A DNA stretch of 64,000 bases, taken from an uncultured Trueperaceae bacterium. Lineage in GTDB: Bacteria; Deinococcota; Deinococci; Deinococcales; Trueperaceae. Within the stretch, counting starts at the first letter, position 1; each line of letters starts with the position of its first letter. Location of the stretch: assembly GCA_963727505.1 (NCBI GenBank), contig CAVSGP010000014.1, forward strand, positions 1 through 64,000. The letters run 5' to 3'. The notes under the pieces are model-generated. The model searched no databases. It worked only from the letters and a program-made list of their open reading frames with translations, and was not told the origin of the DNA. Below are positions 11,154-19,408 of this stretch, in pieces. The position numbers and the translations under genes were made by a program.

Positions 11154-11549
11154 TCAGGGGCGAGGATCCCCGTCGGTGACGGAAGAGTCCGCTTCGTGCG
11201 AGCTGGCGCTCGTCCTGTCGGGCCCCTCTGGGACCGGCGTGCGCTCCAGGTCGCGCAGGCGCCGTTGCAGCGCCTCCTCGCCCACCAGGTCCGTGGCGCG
11301 GTCCTCGACCTCGCCGTACAACTGCTCGAAGGCGCCCCGCAGGCGGCTCAACAACTCGCCGGTCTGCGTGAAGTGCCGCGCCACCTCCGCCTGGTACTGA
11401 TCGTATTCGCGCCTCAGCCGCCGGATCCGCTGTTCGGTTCCGCTCCCGCGCTTGAGGAGGGCGGTGATCCCGATGCCCACCAGGATCCCAGCGACGAAGG
11501 TGCCGGCCAGCCAGAGTCCGACATTCATGACGACCTCCGGAGCCAGCAT
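11154..11549 (-). CDS. YhcB/ZapG (DUF1043)-like membrane-anchored coiled-coil protein
   Basis: N-terminal TM (GILVGIGI), then coiled coil YQAEVARHFTQTGELLSRL...QLY, matching the DUF1043 pattern. Start 11549 or 11528. Confidence 0.65.
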   Translation of the reverse strand: MLAPEVVMNVGLWLAGTFVAGILVGIGITALLKRGSGTEQRIRRLRREYDQYQAEVARHFTQTGELLSRLRGAFEQLYGEVEDRATDLVGEEALQRRLRDLERTPVPEGPDRTSASSHEADSSVTDGDPRP

Positions 11550-11624
11550 AGCAGCCCTCCTGGCCGGTGCTTCGGGCGGATGCGCGTCTCGAACACTCGT
11601 CGCGGCCGGTAGACTGACGGAACC

Positions 11625-12521
11625 ATGACGGGTCCAGCAGACGGTTCCGGCGGCGGTTCCGGCGGCGGAAGGGCGCACGATCCGGCGGCGCGGCGCGTCT
11701 ACCTGCGCTCGCTGCCCGACACGCTCGTGCCGGGCCGGCACTCCGTCGGCGCGCGCCGACGCACGGCACAGCTTCAGCGCTTCCTGCGGCCGCTGGAAGG
11801 CGTCGCGCGCGAGGCGCTGCCGATCCAGGGGAAGGTCCAGCTGCTGGTGGCCGCCGGGCGGGACTGGCGGCGGCTATCGAGTTATCCCTACGGACTGCCG
11901 TTCGCCCGCACCACCCGGGAGCTGGTGAGCCTGGTGGTCGCCGCCGATTACCCGCCGCGGCTCATCGCACGCTTCGACGACCTGCTGCTGCGCGCGGGGA
12001 AGAGTGGCGTGCGCGCGCCCGGCGATGTCCGGGAGTTCCTCGACCTGCTTCTGGGGCACGAGTGGGGGCACGCCGCGGCCAACCGCGCGGGGCTGCGCAC
12101 GCGCGTCAAGTGGTTCGACGAGCTGATGGCCACCTACCTGTTCGCGCAGGCCCTGCGCGCCGCCGGCGCCGACGGCGCGCTGACGCGGCTGGCGGCGTGG
12201 GCCGCGCTGCAGACCGCCGCCACCGCCGAGGAGCGCAGCGCGCTCGACGGCTTCGAATACCCGCGTGGCAAGATGCCCTTCGCCCGCATGTTGTGGTACC
12301 AGGGGGTCTTCACCGAGCGCGCCCTGACGCTTTCGGCCGAACGTGGGTGGGACTTCCCGCGGGCGCTGGCCGCTCGGTTGCCAGCCGCAGACCGTGGCGA
12401 GCTTGCGCGCGCAGTGGTCGACGTGGATCCGGGATTCAAACCCTGGTTCGCCGTGTTCGCGCCGGAGGAGGAAGGACTCCCAATCGGGGGAGGGTCGCCC
12501 CCGCAAGGTGGGCTTGCCTGA
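11625..12521 (+). CDS. Hypothetical protein with HExxH...E gluzincin-like motif
   Basis: LGHEWGH...WFDELMATY; TAGACT box upstream. Confidence 0.6.
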   Translation: MTGPADGSGGGSGGGRAHDPAARRVYLRSLPDTLVPGRHSVGARRRTAQLQRFLRPLEGVAREALPIQGKVQLLVAAGRDWRRLSSYPYGLPFARTTRELVSLVVAADYPPRLIARFDDLLLRAGKSGVRAPGDVREFLDLLLGHEWGHAAANRAGLRTRVKWFDELMATYLFAQALRAAGADGALTRLAAWAALQTAATAEERSALDGFEYPRGKMPFARMLWYQGVFTERALTLSAERGWDFPRALAARLPAADRGELARAVVDVDPGFKPWFAVFAPEEEGLPIGGGSPPQGGLA

Positions 12522-12636
12522 CGAAGGGCATTTCGCCGTGCCCGCCGCGTCCGCAACCGGATGCTGGTCACCGGGTGGGCGAGGGAATGCCGCCGATCGG
12601 CCAGCGCCCCTAGCCAGCGCCCCTAGGCCAACGCCC

Positions 12637-14745
12637 CTAGGCCAGCGCCTCGGCGTCGCTTCGCAGCCGTTGCTCCACCCGCTCCAACTCGTCCCGTTCG
12701 CCCTCGTCGCTCTGTGCGATCCAGCCGCGCGCCCGCGTCAGCTCGGCCATCGCACGTTCGCGGTCGCCGCGCGCCAGCGCCGCATTGGCGTACGCGAGAG
12801 CCCCCTCGGCCAGCAGGTCCGCGCTCAGGTCGAGGCCCAGCAGGCGCTCGTAGAGGTCGTCGGCGCGCTCGGCATCGCCCTGGGCGGCGGACTGGTCGGC
12901 GGCGGCAAGGTAGTGGGCGTAGGCGGCGTCGGGGGAGCCACCCCGTTCGAAGTGCTCGGCGATCAGCTCCGAGAACGTCAGGGGGGCGTGGCTCTCCAGC
13001 CAGGTCGCGATGCGCAGGTGAAGCAGCGGGCGGTCGGAGAAGGGGATCATGCGCAGCACCGCCTGGCGCAGCAGCTCGCTCTGGAAGCGGTATTCGATGT
13101 CCTCGGGGACGGTGGAGTGAGCTTCGCGCACCAGCAGGTCCTCGTCGACCAGGGCGCTCACCAGTTCGTCCTCTTCGCCGCCGGCGAGCTCCAGGAGCAG
13201 CCCCTCCCAGGTTGCTTCGCCGGTGAGTGCGGCCTGGGCGAGCAGCAGCCGCGCCGGAGCCTCGACCATGTCCAGCCGTGACTGCAGAAGCGAGGCCAGC
13301 GATCCGGAGAACGAGCCGCTCGGCGTGAGCGACAGGGCCCGCCCCAGCTCGAGCACGTAGGCGGGAACCCCTCCGACCTGCCGCACCAGCGCCTCGCTGG
13401 CGGTGCGCATCTCGGGGCTCGCCAGCTCGTCGAGCAGCGCCAGGCTCTCATGGAAGTCGAGCGGCCCCAGGGCCAGGCTGTCGGCCTCCGCTGGCAGATT
13501 CTCCCAGCGACTGGTGCGTAGCAGCAGGATCGGCGCTTCGGCGGCACCCAGCAGGGCCAGGAACTCCAGCAGCGCTTCGTCGCGCGGCTCGTTGTCGACG
13601 GCCACGACCAGCGCCACTTCGCCGCCGGAACGCGCGAGCGCGACCAGCAGGTCGCGCCAGGCGAGGTTGGTGCGGTCGACGGTGCGGCGGTCGAGGCGCG
13701 TCCAGGGTTTGGTGCTGATCAGGTCGAGACTGTTGAGGATCGCCTGATGCCAGCGCGGCTCGTCGGGGAGGAGCCGCTGCAGCGATTCCTGAACGTGCTG
13801 ATGGCGCGCGCGCTCGTCCTCGTCGGCATCGGTACCGAAGAGCTGGGGCTCCAGCGCCTTCCAGGAGAACTCCTCGGTGGGATGTACCTCGATCCAGATA
13901 CTGCTGAGCGCGTTGCTCACCGAGTTCAAGAACTCGTTCAGAAGCCGGGTCTTGCCACGGCCGGCTTCGCCCACCAGCCACAACTCGCGCGCCCTTCCGG
14001 CTTTCACGGTCTGCTCGTAGGCGTCCTTGAGCGCCGCCAGCTCCTTCGCCCGGCCGATGAAGCGGATGCCGGCGTACGGGTCGGACTCGCGCGGCTGCAC
14101 CGTTGACACGAGCCGGTGCGCGCGGCGCACCGCCGGGAAACCGGGGAGCTGCAGGGGGCCGGTCTCCTCGAACGCCAGCCGGTTGCGCGTGGTCTGGAAG
14201 GTCTCGTCGCCGACCCACACCTCGCCGGGGGTGGCGGCTTCCTCCAGGCGGGCTGCCAGGTTGACGGCGCTGCCCATCACCGTGTAGCTGCGGACGCGTC
14301 CGGAGCCCACCGAGCCGGCGATGACCACGCCGGTGTTGACGCCGGCCCGGCCCTCGAGCCGGATGCCGCGGCTGCGCCCGATCGAGCGGATCGCCTCGAG
14401 GCTGGACGACGCCGCCAGCACCGCGCGGCTGGCGTCATCGGGGTGGGAGTGCGGTGCGCCGAACAGCGCGATGAGCCCGTCGCCGCGGAACGCGTCGACG
14501 TGGCCGTCGTATTCCTCGATGATGCCGGCGACCATGGTCAGCACCTCGTCGGCCAGGTCGCGCAGCTCCTCGGGGTCGAGCCCGTGTGTGAGGCTGCTGA
14601 AGCCCGCCAGGTCGACGAAGACCACGCTCACACGGCGACGTTCGCGCGCCGTGAGCTGCCGCTCCAGGCGGCTGCCGCACATGCCACAGAAGCGCATGCC
14701 GGGCGGGTTGCGGGTGCCGCACGTGGAACAAACCATCAGCACCAC
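12637..14745 (-). CDS. Class III nucleotide cyclase with zinc ribbon, AAA/STAND ATPase and short TPR region
   Basis: CSTC...CGMC ribbon; FVDLAGFS, GDG, VNLAARL; Walker A GEAGRGKT. Confidence 0.88.
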   Translation of the reverse strand: MVLMVCSTCGTRNPPGMRFCGMCGSRLERQLTARERRRVSVVFVDLAGFSSLTHGLDPEELRDLADEVLTMVAGIIEEYDGHVDAFRGDGLIALFGAPHSHPDDASRAVLAASSSLEAIRSIGRSRGIRLEGRAGVNTGVVIAGSVGSGRVRSYTVMGSAVNLAARLEEAATPGEVWVGDETFQTTRNRLAFEETGPLQLPGFPAVRRAHRLVSTVQPRESDPYAGIRFIGRAKELAALKDAYEQTVKAGRARELWLVGEAGRGKTRLLNEFLNSVSNALSSIWIEVHPTEEFSWKALEPQLFGTDADEDERARHQHVQESLQRLLPDEPRWHQAILNSLDLISTKPWTRLDRRTVDRTNLAWRDLLVALARSGGEVALVVAVDNEPRDEALLEFLALLGAAEAPILLLRTSRWENLPAEADSLALGPLDFHESLALLDELASPEMRTASEALVRQVGGVPAYVLELGRALSLTPSGSFSGSLASLLQSRLDMVEAPARLLLAQAALTGEATWEGLLLELAGGEEDELVSALVDEDLLVREAHSTVPEDIEYRFQSELLRQAVLRMIPFSDRPLLHLRIATWLESHAPLTFSELIAEHFERGGSPDAAYAHYLAAADQSAAQGDAERADDLYERLLGLDLSADLLAEGALAYANAALARGDRERAMAELTRARGWIAQSDEGERDELERVEQRLRSDAEALA

Positions 14746-14820
14746 GAGTATACGGACCCGTATCAGGGCACCGTGTCCCCGGGCGTTCGGCCGGCGCCGG
14801 CTCCCGGCGGGGAACTCCGC

Positions 14821-16116
14821 TTACTGCCCGAAGAGCGGGGCCGGGTTGATGAAGGCGGAAGTGCCGCCCTTGTCGGTGCGCGCGTAGAAGGGGAGCAGAT
14901 CGTTGCTGAGCGTGCCGCCGCCCAGGTAGCCGAGCACCTGGCCCTGGTCGACGCTGTCGTAGAGCGTCACCACCGGCGTGCGCAGGTTGGTGTACACGGT
15001 GGTGAGCCCGCCACCGTGCTGCACGGCGACCATGTAGCCGAAGTTGGCGCCCAGGTAGGAGATGGCGACCACCTTGCCGGCCTGCACCGAGCGCACCGCG
15101 GCGTTGGGAACGGCCGCCTTGATGGCGATGTAGGAGTTGTTTCCCTCGCCGAAGCGACTCACGATCTTGCCCTTGTCCAGGGGAAGCACGAACCCGGTCG
15201 GCAGCGAGTTGGACGGCGCGGTGAGGGCATCGAGCCGCGCCCGGGCGGCGTCCGCCTGCTGCTGGTACTTGAGCTGTTTGGCGCGGTCGCGCGCGTAGCC
15301 GGCGGCGGCCGCGCGCGCCTCCTGCTCCTGCTTCTTGAGGCGGGCGATCTCCGCGTCGAGTTGCTGGTTCAGGTTCTGGACGTTGGCTGCGATCTGGTTC
15401 TGCTCCTGGAGCAGAGCCTGCTGCTGCGCCAGCTGCCCCTCCTTGCTCTTCTGGAGGTCGGCGATAACGGCCTCGAGCTGCTTGCGCTTGGCCTCCCGGT
15501 CGGCCGCGTTCTGAGCGACCTCGGCCTCCTTGGCCTTGAGGGCGGCCATCTGCTCAACGAGCTGGCTCTGCGCGTCCTTGAGCTGCCCCAGTACCGAATC
15601 GAGCCGGTTGATGACGTCCACGTCCTGCTTGGAGAGCAACGACAGGTAGTAGTTGTTGACCTGGAACTGGTGCAGGGTGCGGCTCTTCGCGAGGCTGTTG
15701 GCGTAGCGCGCCACCCGCTGCTGGTAGAGGTTGAGCAGCAGTGCCTTGATCCGTTCCTTGAGTGTGTCGAGTTGCTGGTTGAGGCCGGCGATCTTGGCCT
15801 CGGTGTTGGCGCGCTGGTCTTCGAGGGTCGCGAGCTGGTCCTGAAGATCGGCCTGCTGCGCGCGCAGGTCCTCGAGCTCCTTGTTGACGGCGTCGCGCTG
15901 CCGGATCTTCGCCTGCAATTCCTGGGCGGTGGCGCCCAGCTTGGCGGTGATGTCCTGGATCTCCTGCTTGCGCGCATCGAGCAGACTCTGCGCCTGTTGG
16001 ATATCGGACTCCAGCGTCCGCTTCTTGCTGCTGTCCACGCTCTGGGCGCGCGCCGGCGTGGGAGTCGCAAGGACGGCGCCGACCAACAGGAAGAGGAGGA
16101 GCACGCGCTTCAGCAC
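14821..16116 (-). CDS. envC: Murein hydrolase activator EnvC (coiled coil plus degenerate M23/LytM domain)
   Basis: Signal peptide, long coiled coil, M23 fold lacking Zn ligands (YIAIK, VYTNL); directly downstream of ftsX. Confidence 0.82.
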   Translation of the reverse strand: MLKRVLLLFLLVGAVLATPTPARAQSVDSSKKRTLESDIQQAQSLLDARKQEIQDITAKLGATAQELQAKIRQRDAVNKELEDLRAQQADLQDQLATLEDQRANTEAKIAGLNQQLDTLKERIKALLLNLYQQRVARYANSLAKSRTLHQFQVNNYYLSLLSKQDVDVINRLDSVLGQLKDAQSQLVEQMAALKAKEAEVAQNAADREAKRKQLEAVIADLQKSKEGQLAQQQALLQEQNQIAANVQNLNQQLDAEIARLKKQEQEARAAAAGYARDRAKQLKYQQQADAARARLDALTAPSNSLPTGFVLPLDKGKIVSRFGEGNNSYIAIKAAVPNAAVRSVQAGKVVAISYLGANFGYMVAVQHGGGLTTVYTNLRTPVVTLYDSVDQGQVLGYLGGGTLSNDLLPFYARTDKGGTSAFINPAPLFGQ

Positions 16117-16200
16117 GGCGGTAGTCTAGCAACCCCTCCGGGACGCCGGATGATGGCGGTCCGGGGGAGCCTCATGAAGGTGCGCGGCGGCACGGCGGGT

Positions 16201-17064
16201 CTAGGTGGGCTCGCGCAGGTGTTGCGACACGGAGATGGCGCTGCCGACCAGCCCGACCAGCACCGACAGCGCGGCGAGCAGGCCGGCGATCTGTCCCAGC
16301 GTGGCGGTGTCGTGGACGAACGGGATGAAGGCCAGCTGGTCGGACAGGCGCAGCACGATGAACTGGTAGCCGGGGACGGCCAGTGCCAGCGTGACGACGG
16401 CGCTGATGAGGCCCAGCAGGAAGCCCTCGATCAGGAACGGGGAGCGGATGAAGCCGCGCGTCGCGCCGACCAGGCGCATGACCTCGATCTCCTGGCGGCG
16501 CGCCGCGATGGCCGCTCGGATCGAGTTGACGATGGCGAACAGGGCAGCCGATAGGAGAACCACGATGAGGATCGAGCCGCCCACGCGCAGCGCGTCGTTG
16601 ATCGCCAGGAAGGTCTGCACCGCGTTGGAGCCGTCTTCGATATGGTTCACGCCCGGCAACTGCGCCAGCTTGGTGCGCACCAGCGGCGTCTGGGCCGGGT
16701 CGAGCAGACGGATCTCGAGGGTGTTGGGAAGCGGATTGCTGATCAGCGCGGCCGCCTGGTTCAGCGACGGCAGCGACTGGACCATGTTCGCCAGTGCCTG
16801 CTTCTTGGACACGAAGTCGACGCTGGCGACCTCCGGCCAGCTCCGGACGGTGTCCATGAGCTGCGGCACCGGCGCGTTGTCGTCGAGGAAAGCCGAGATC
16901 TGCAACTCGCTCTGCAGGTTCTGCAGCACCGCGTTGAGGTTCACGCTCACCAGGCTGAACGCCGCCAGGATGGTGAGCGACAGGGTCATGGTGGTGATGG
17001 TGGACACGCTCGCCACCCAGTTGCCGCGGATGGCACGCATGGCCTGAGCGACGGCGTAGCTCAT
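16201..17064 (-). CDS. ftsX: Cell division permease FtsX
   Basis: VDFVSKKQAL, NPLP, IVNSIR, EIEVMRLVGATRGFIRSPFLIEG. Confidence 0.92.
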   Translation of the reverse strand: MSYAVAQAMRAIRGNWVASVSTITTMTLSLTILAAFSLVSVNLNAVLQNLQSELQISAFLDDNAPVPQLMDTVRSWPEVASVDFVSKKQALANMVQSLPSLNQAAALISNPLPNTLEIRLLDPAQTPLVRTKLAQLPGVNHIEDGSNAVQTFLAINDALRVGGSILIVVLLSAALFAIVNSIRAAIAARRQEIEVMRLVGATRGFIRSPFLIEGFLLGLISAVVTLALAVPGYQFIVLRLSDQLAFIPFVHDTATLGQIAGLLAALSVLVGLVGSAISVSQHLREPT

Positions 17065-17242
17065 CGCGCTGCCACGGCTCGATCCCGTCGTTGCTCCGGT
17101 CGCGCACAGCGAGGCGGATCGGGCGGCCTCGGCGTGGAGACGGTTGGCGAGACCGGGTGCGTCACGTCAGCACTATAACCAAGCCTCGCGCGCCCCGAGA
17201 TGAAGCGCCCGGGCCCCACCTTCACCATCCCGGACGACCGGA

Positions 17243-18241
17243 TCAGGCGTGCCGATAGGCGGCGATGACGGCGTCGGTGAAGCTCTCGGTGGAGGCGTCG
17301 CCGCCGAGGTCGGCGGTGCGCGGTCCATGCTCGAGCACCGCGTCCACGGCACGGTCGATGCGCTCCGCCGCGTCGCGCTCGCCGAGGTGCTCCAGCATCA
17401 TGGCCGCTGTCAGCATGGTGGCCGTCGGGTTGGCGGCGCCGCGCCCGGCGATGTCGGGCGCGCTGCCGTGTACCGGCTCGAAGATGGCGTGGTGGTCGCC
17501 GAGGTTGGCGCTCGGTGCCACGCCCAGGCCGCCGACGAGGCCGGCCATGAGGTCCGACAGGATGTCGCCGAAGAGGTTCGTCGAGACCAGCACGTCGAAG
17601 CTCTCCGGGTCGCGCACCAGCTTCATGGCCGCGGCGTCGACGATGATGTCCGTGCTCTGGACGTCCGGGTACTTCTCGGCCACCTCCAGCGCGGTCTGCA
17701 GGAACAGGCCCGAGGTGACGGGCAAGACGTTGGCCTTGTGCACGATCGCCACGCGCCCCCGACGCAGCCGGGCCTGCTGCATGGCCACGTGGGCGATGCG
17801 CTCGCACGCACCCCTCGACACCATGGCGTCGGCGATGGCGATGTCGCCGTAGCGGCGCTCGTTCTCGACGTAGAGGCCCTCGGTGTTCTCACGCACCATC
17901 AACATGTCGATGCCCGGCAGACTGCCCGGCAGGGGGCGGGTCTTGGCGGGCCGCAGGTTGGCGAAGAGATCCAGCTCGCGGCGCATGCTGCGGATGGCGC
18001 CCTTGTGGCCTTCGACCTTCCGCTTGGGGCTGGTGAAGGCGCCGGCCAGCGTGGCGTCGGCGGCGCGGACCTTCTCCATGGTCTCGGCCGGCACGCTGGT
18101 TCCGCGCTTCTCGAAGGTGGCCCAGCCCGCCTCGGCCTCGACGAACGTGAGCGGCGCGCCGCTCGCCTCGAGCAGGCGACGGGTGGCGGGAACGACCTCC
18201 TGGCCGATGCCGTCCCCGGGGATGAGACAGATGGTGTGCAT
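17243..18241 (-). CDS. hicdH: Homoisocitrate dehydrogenase (alpha-aminoadipate lysine pathway)
   Basis: Closely follows Thermus HICDH (ICLIxGDGIG, EAEAGW, RGTSVP, RENTEGLYVExERRY, HKANVLP, EPVHGSAPDIAG). Confidence 0.85.
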   Translation of the reverse strand: MHTICLIPGDGIGQEVVPATRRLLEASGAPLTFVEAEAGWATFEKRGTSVPAETMEKVRAADATLAGAFTSPKRKVEGHKGAIRSMRRELDLFANLRPAKTRPLPGSLPGIDMLMVRENTEGLYVENERRYGDIAIADAMVSRGACERIAHVAMQQARLRRGRVAIVHKANVLPVTSGLFLQTALEVAEKYPDVQSTDIIVDAAAMKLVRDPESFDVLVSTNLFGDILSDLMAGLVGGLGVAPSANLGDHHAIFEPVHGSAPDIAGRGAANPTATMLTAAMMLEHLGERDAAERIDRAVDAVLEHGPRTADLGGDASTESFTDAVIAAYRHA

Positions 18242-18600
18242 CGTCGGCTCCTTCGATGGTGGGATGCGGGTTCCGCGCCGGTTTGCCGGGCGCCGGCGAT
18301 CCCGGCGTCGTGGGCGGGGTCGAGGCGGGCCGTGCCCGCGGGCGGGTTCAAGCTACCACGCCGCAGGCGCGGCCGGCGGCGCCTCCTCCTGTGGGACGGC
18401 GCTCCTGGGCGGCATACGGGTTGGGTGGTCCGCCTCACCGGCGGTGGTTAGAATGCGGCATTCGGTAGAGTCCCCACGGGAGACGCCTACGCACGTGGCG
18501 GTCGGTCCCTACGTGGGCCCGGCTCGATGCCGGCGGGGGGATGCGCAAAAATCGCTATGGGAACGCGGATCAGGGTCCGTAGGGTATGGGAGGCGACGCC

Positions 18601-19389
18601 GTGAGCGCGTTGCACGGAGACATCGAGGAAGGGGTGCTGGCGAACCTGCTTCAGTACCTTGCGCTCAGTCAGGCCAGCGGTTGTCTTTCCCTGCGTCATC
18701 CAGCTCGGGCGAGGGGGGACGTCTACCTGGAGAGTGGACGTGTGGTGTACGTGGACGCGGATCCCCATTTCGACCTGGCCGGGCTCACCGAGCTGATGCG
18801 CTGGCAGCGTGGGAGCTTCAGCTTCCGACCCGGCGTCGACGCCCCACACCGCACCCTCAGCGATTCCACCGAACGCCTGCTGCTCGAGGCCAGTCACCGC
18901 TTCGACACCGAGCCGACGGGGTCGGCGAACGAGCCGCTCGATGGACCCACCGTCCTGGTGCCGCACGCCTCGCCCGTCGACGGCCACACCCTGGTGTCGC
19001 TCTCGGCGTTGCACGTGTGGCGCGCGCTCGACGGCGAGGTCAGCCTGGCCGACCTGGCCGAGGCCTCCGGCCTGCCGCTGCGCGTCGTGGTGGGTGGGGC
19101 CGGCGAGCTCGTGCGTCGCGGCCTGGCGGCGCCCGCCGACCAGGTGCTGGTCGACCGTGCCTTCGTCCAGGAGCTGACGCGCGAGGCGGTGGACATCCTC
19201 GGCCCGGTGGCCGAGATCTTCGTCGAGGACGCCGTCTTCGACCTTGGCCTGGAGCACGGTCCGCTCGCGCTGACCGCCCTCGATGACCTCGTCACGGCCG
19301 TCGCGATGCAGTTCCGGCGGAGCGACTGGCAGCTCGAGTTCCTTCAGCGCATCGAACGCATTCGTCACGACTACGGCCTGAGCGCCTGA
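18601..19389 (+). CDS. DUF4388 (PatA-N) domain protein with central wHTH and C-terminal helical domain
   Basis: LHGDIEEGVLANLLQYLALSQASGCL...YLESGRVV...LMRWQRGSFSF...LLLEA; GTG start after GGAGG. Confidence 0.85.
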   Translation: MSALHGDIEEGVLANLLQYLALSQASGCLSLRHPARARGDVYLESGRVVYVDADPHFDLAGLTELMRWQRGSFSFRPGVDAPHRTLSDSTERLLLEASHRFDTEPTGSANEPLDGPTVLVPHASPVDGHTLVSLSALHVWRALDGEVSLADLAEASGLPLRVVVGGAGELVRRGLAAPADQVLVDRAFVQELTREAVDILGPVAEIFVEDAVFDLGLEHGPLALTALDDLVTAVAMQFRRSDWQLEFLQRIERIRHDYGLSA

Positions 19390-19408
19390 TCCGGTACCGG
19401 GAGGTCCC

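Noticed and set aside
12637..14745. Pycsar/CBASS-like antiphage system
   Set aside because: No adjacent cyclic-nucleotide-binding effector; the zinc ribbon-cyclase-ATPase-TPR architecture is a common signalling type.
14116..16554. Very long opposite-strand ORFs (e.g. 14116-16554, 22818-25166, 31294-33240, 34850-36931)
   Set aside because: Antisense shadows of real genes caused by high GC3; no recognisable motifs.
17243..18241. Annotation as leuB or icd
   Set aside because: Length and motifs follow Thermus homoisocitrate dehydrogenase; no leu operon context.
18242..18600. c-di-GMP-I or lysine riboswitch in the hicdH/DUF4388 intergenic region (GGCAAACC on the minus strand)
   Set aside because: The downstream GCAAAG/P2 elements and the lysine-aptamer consensus are absent.
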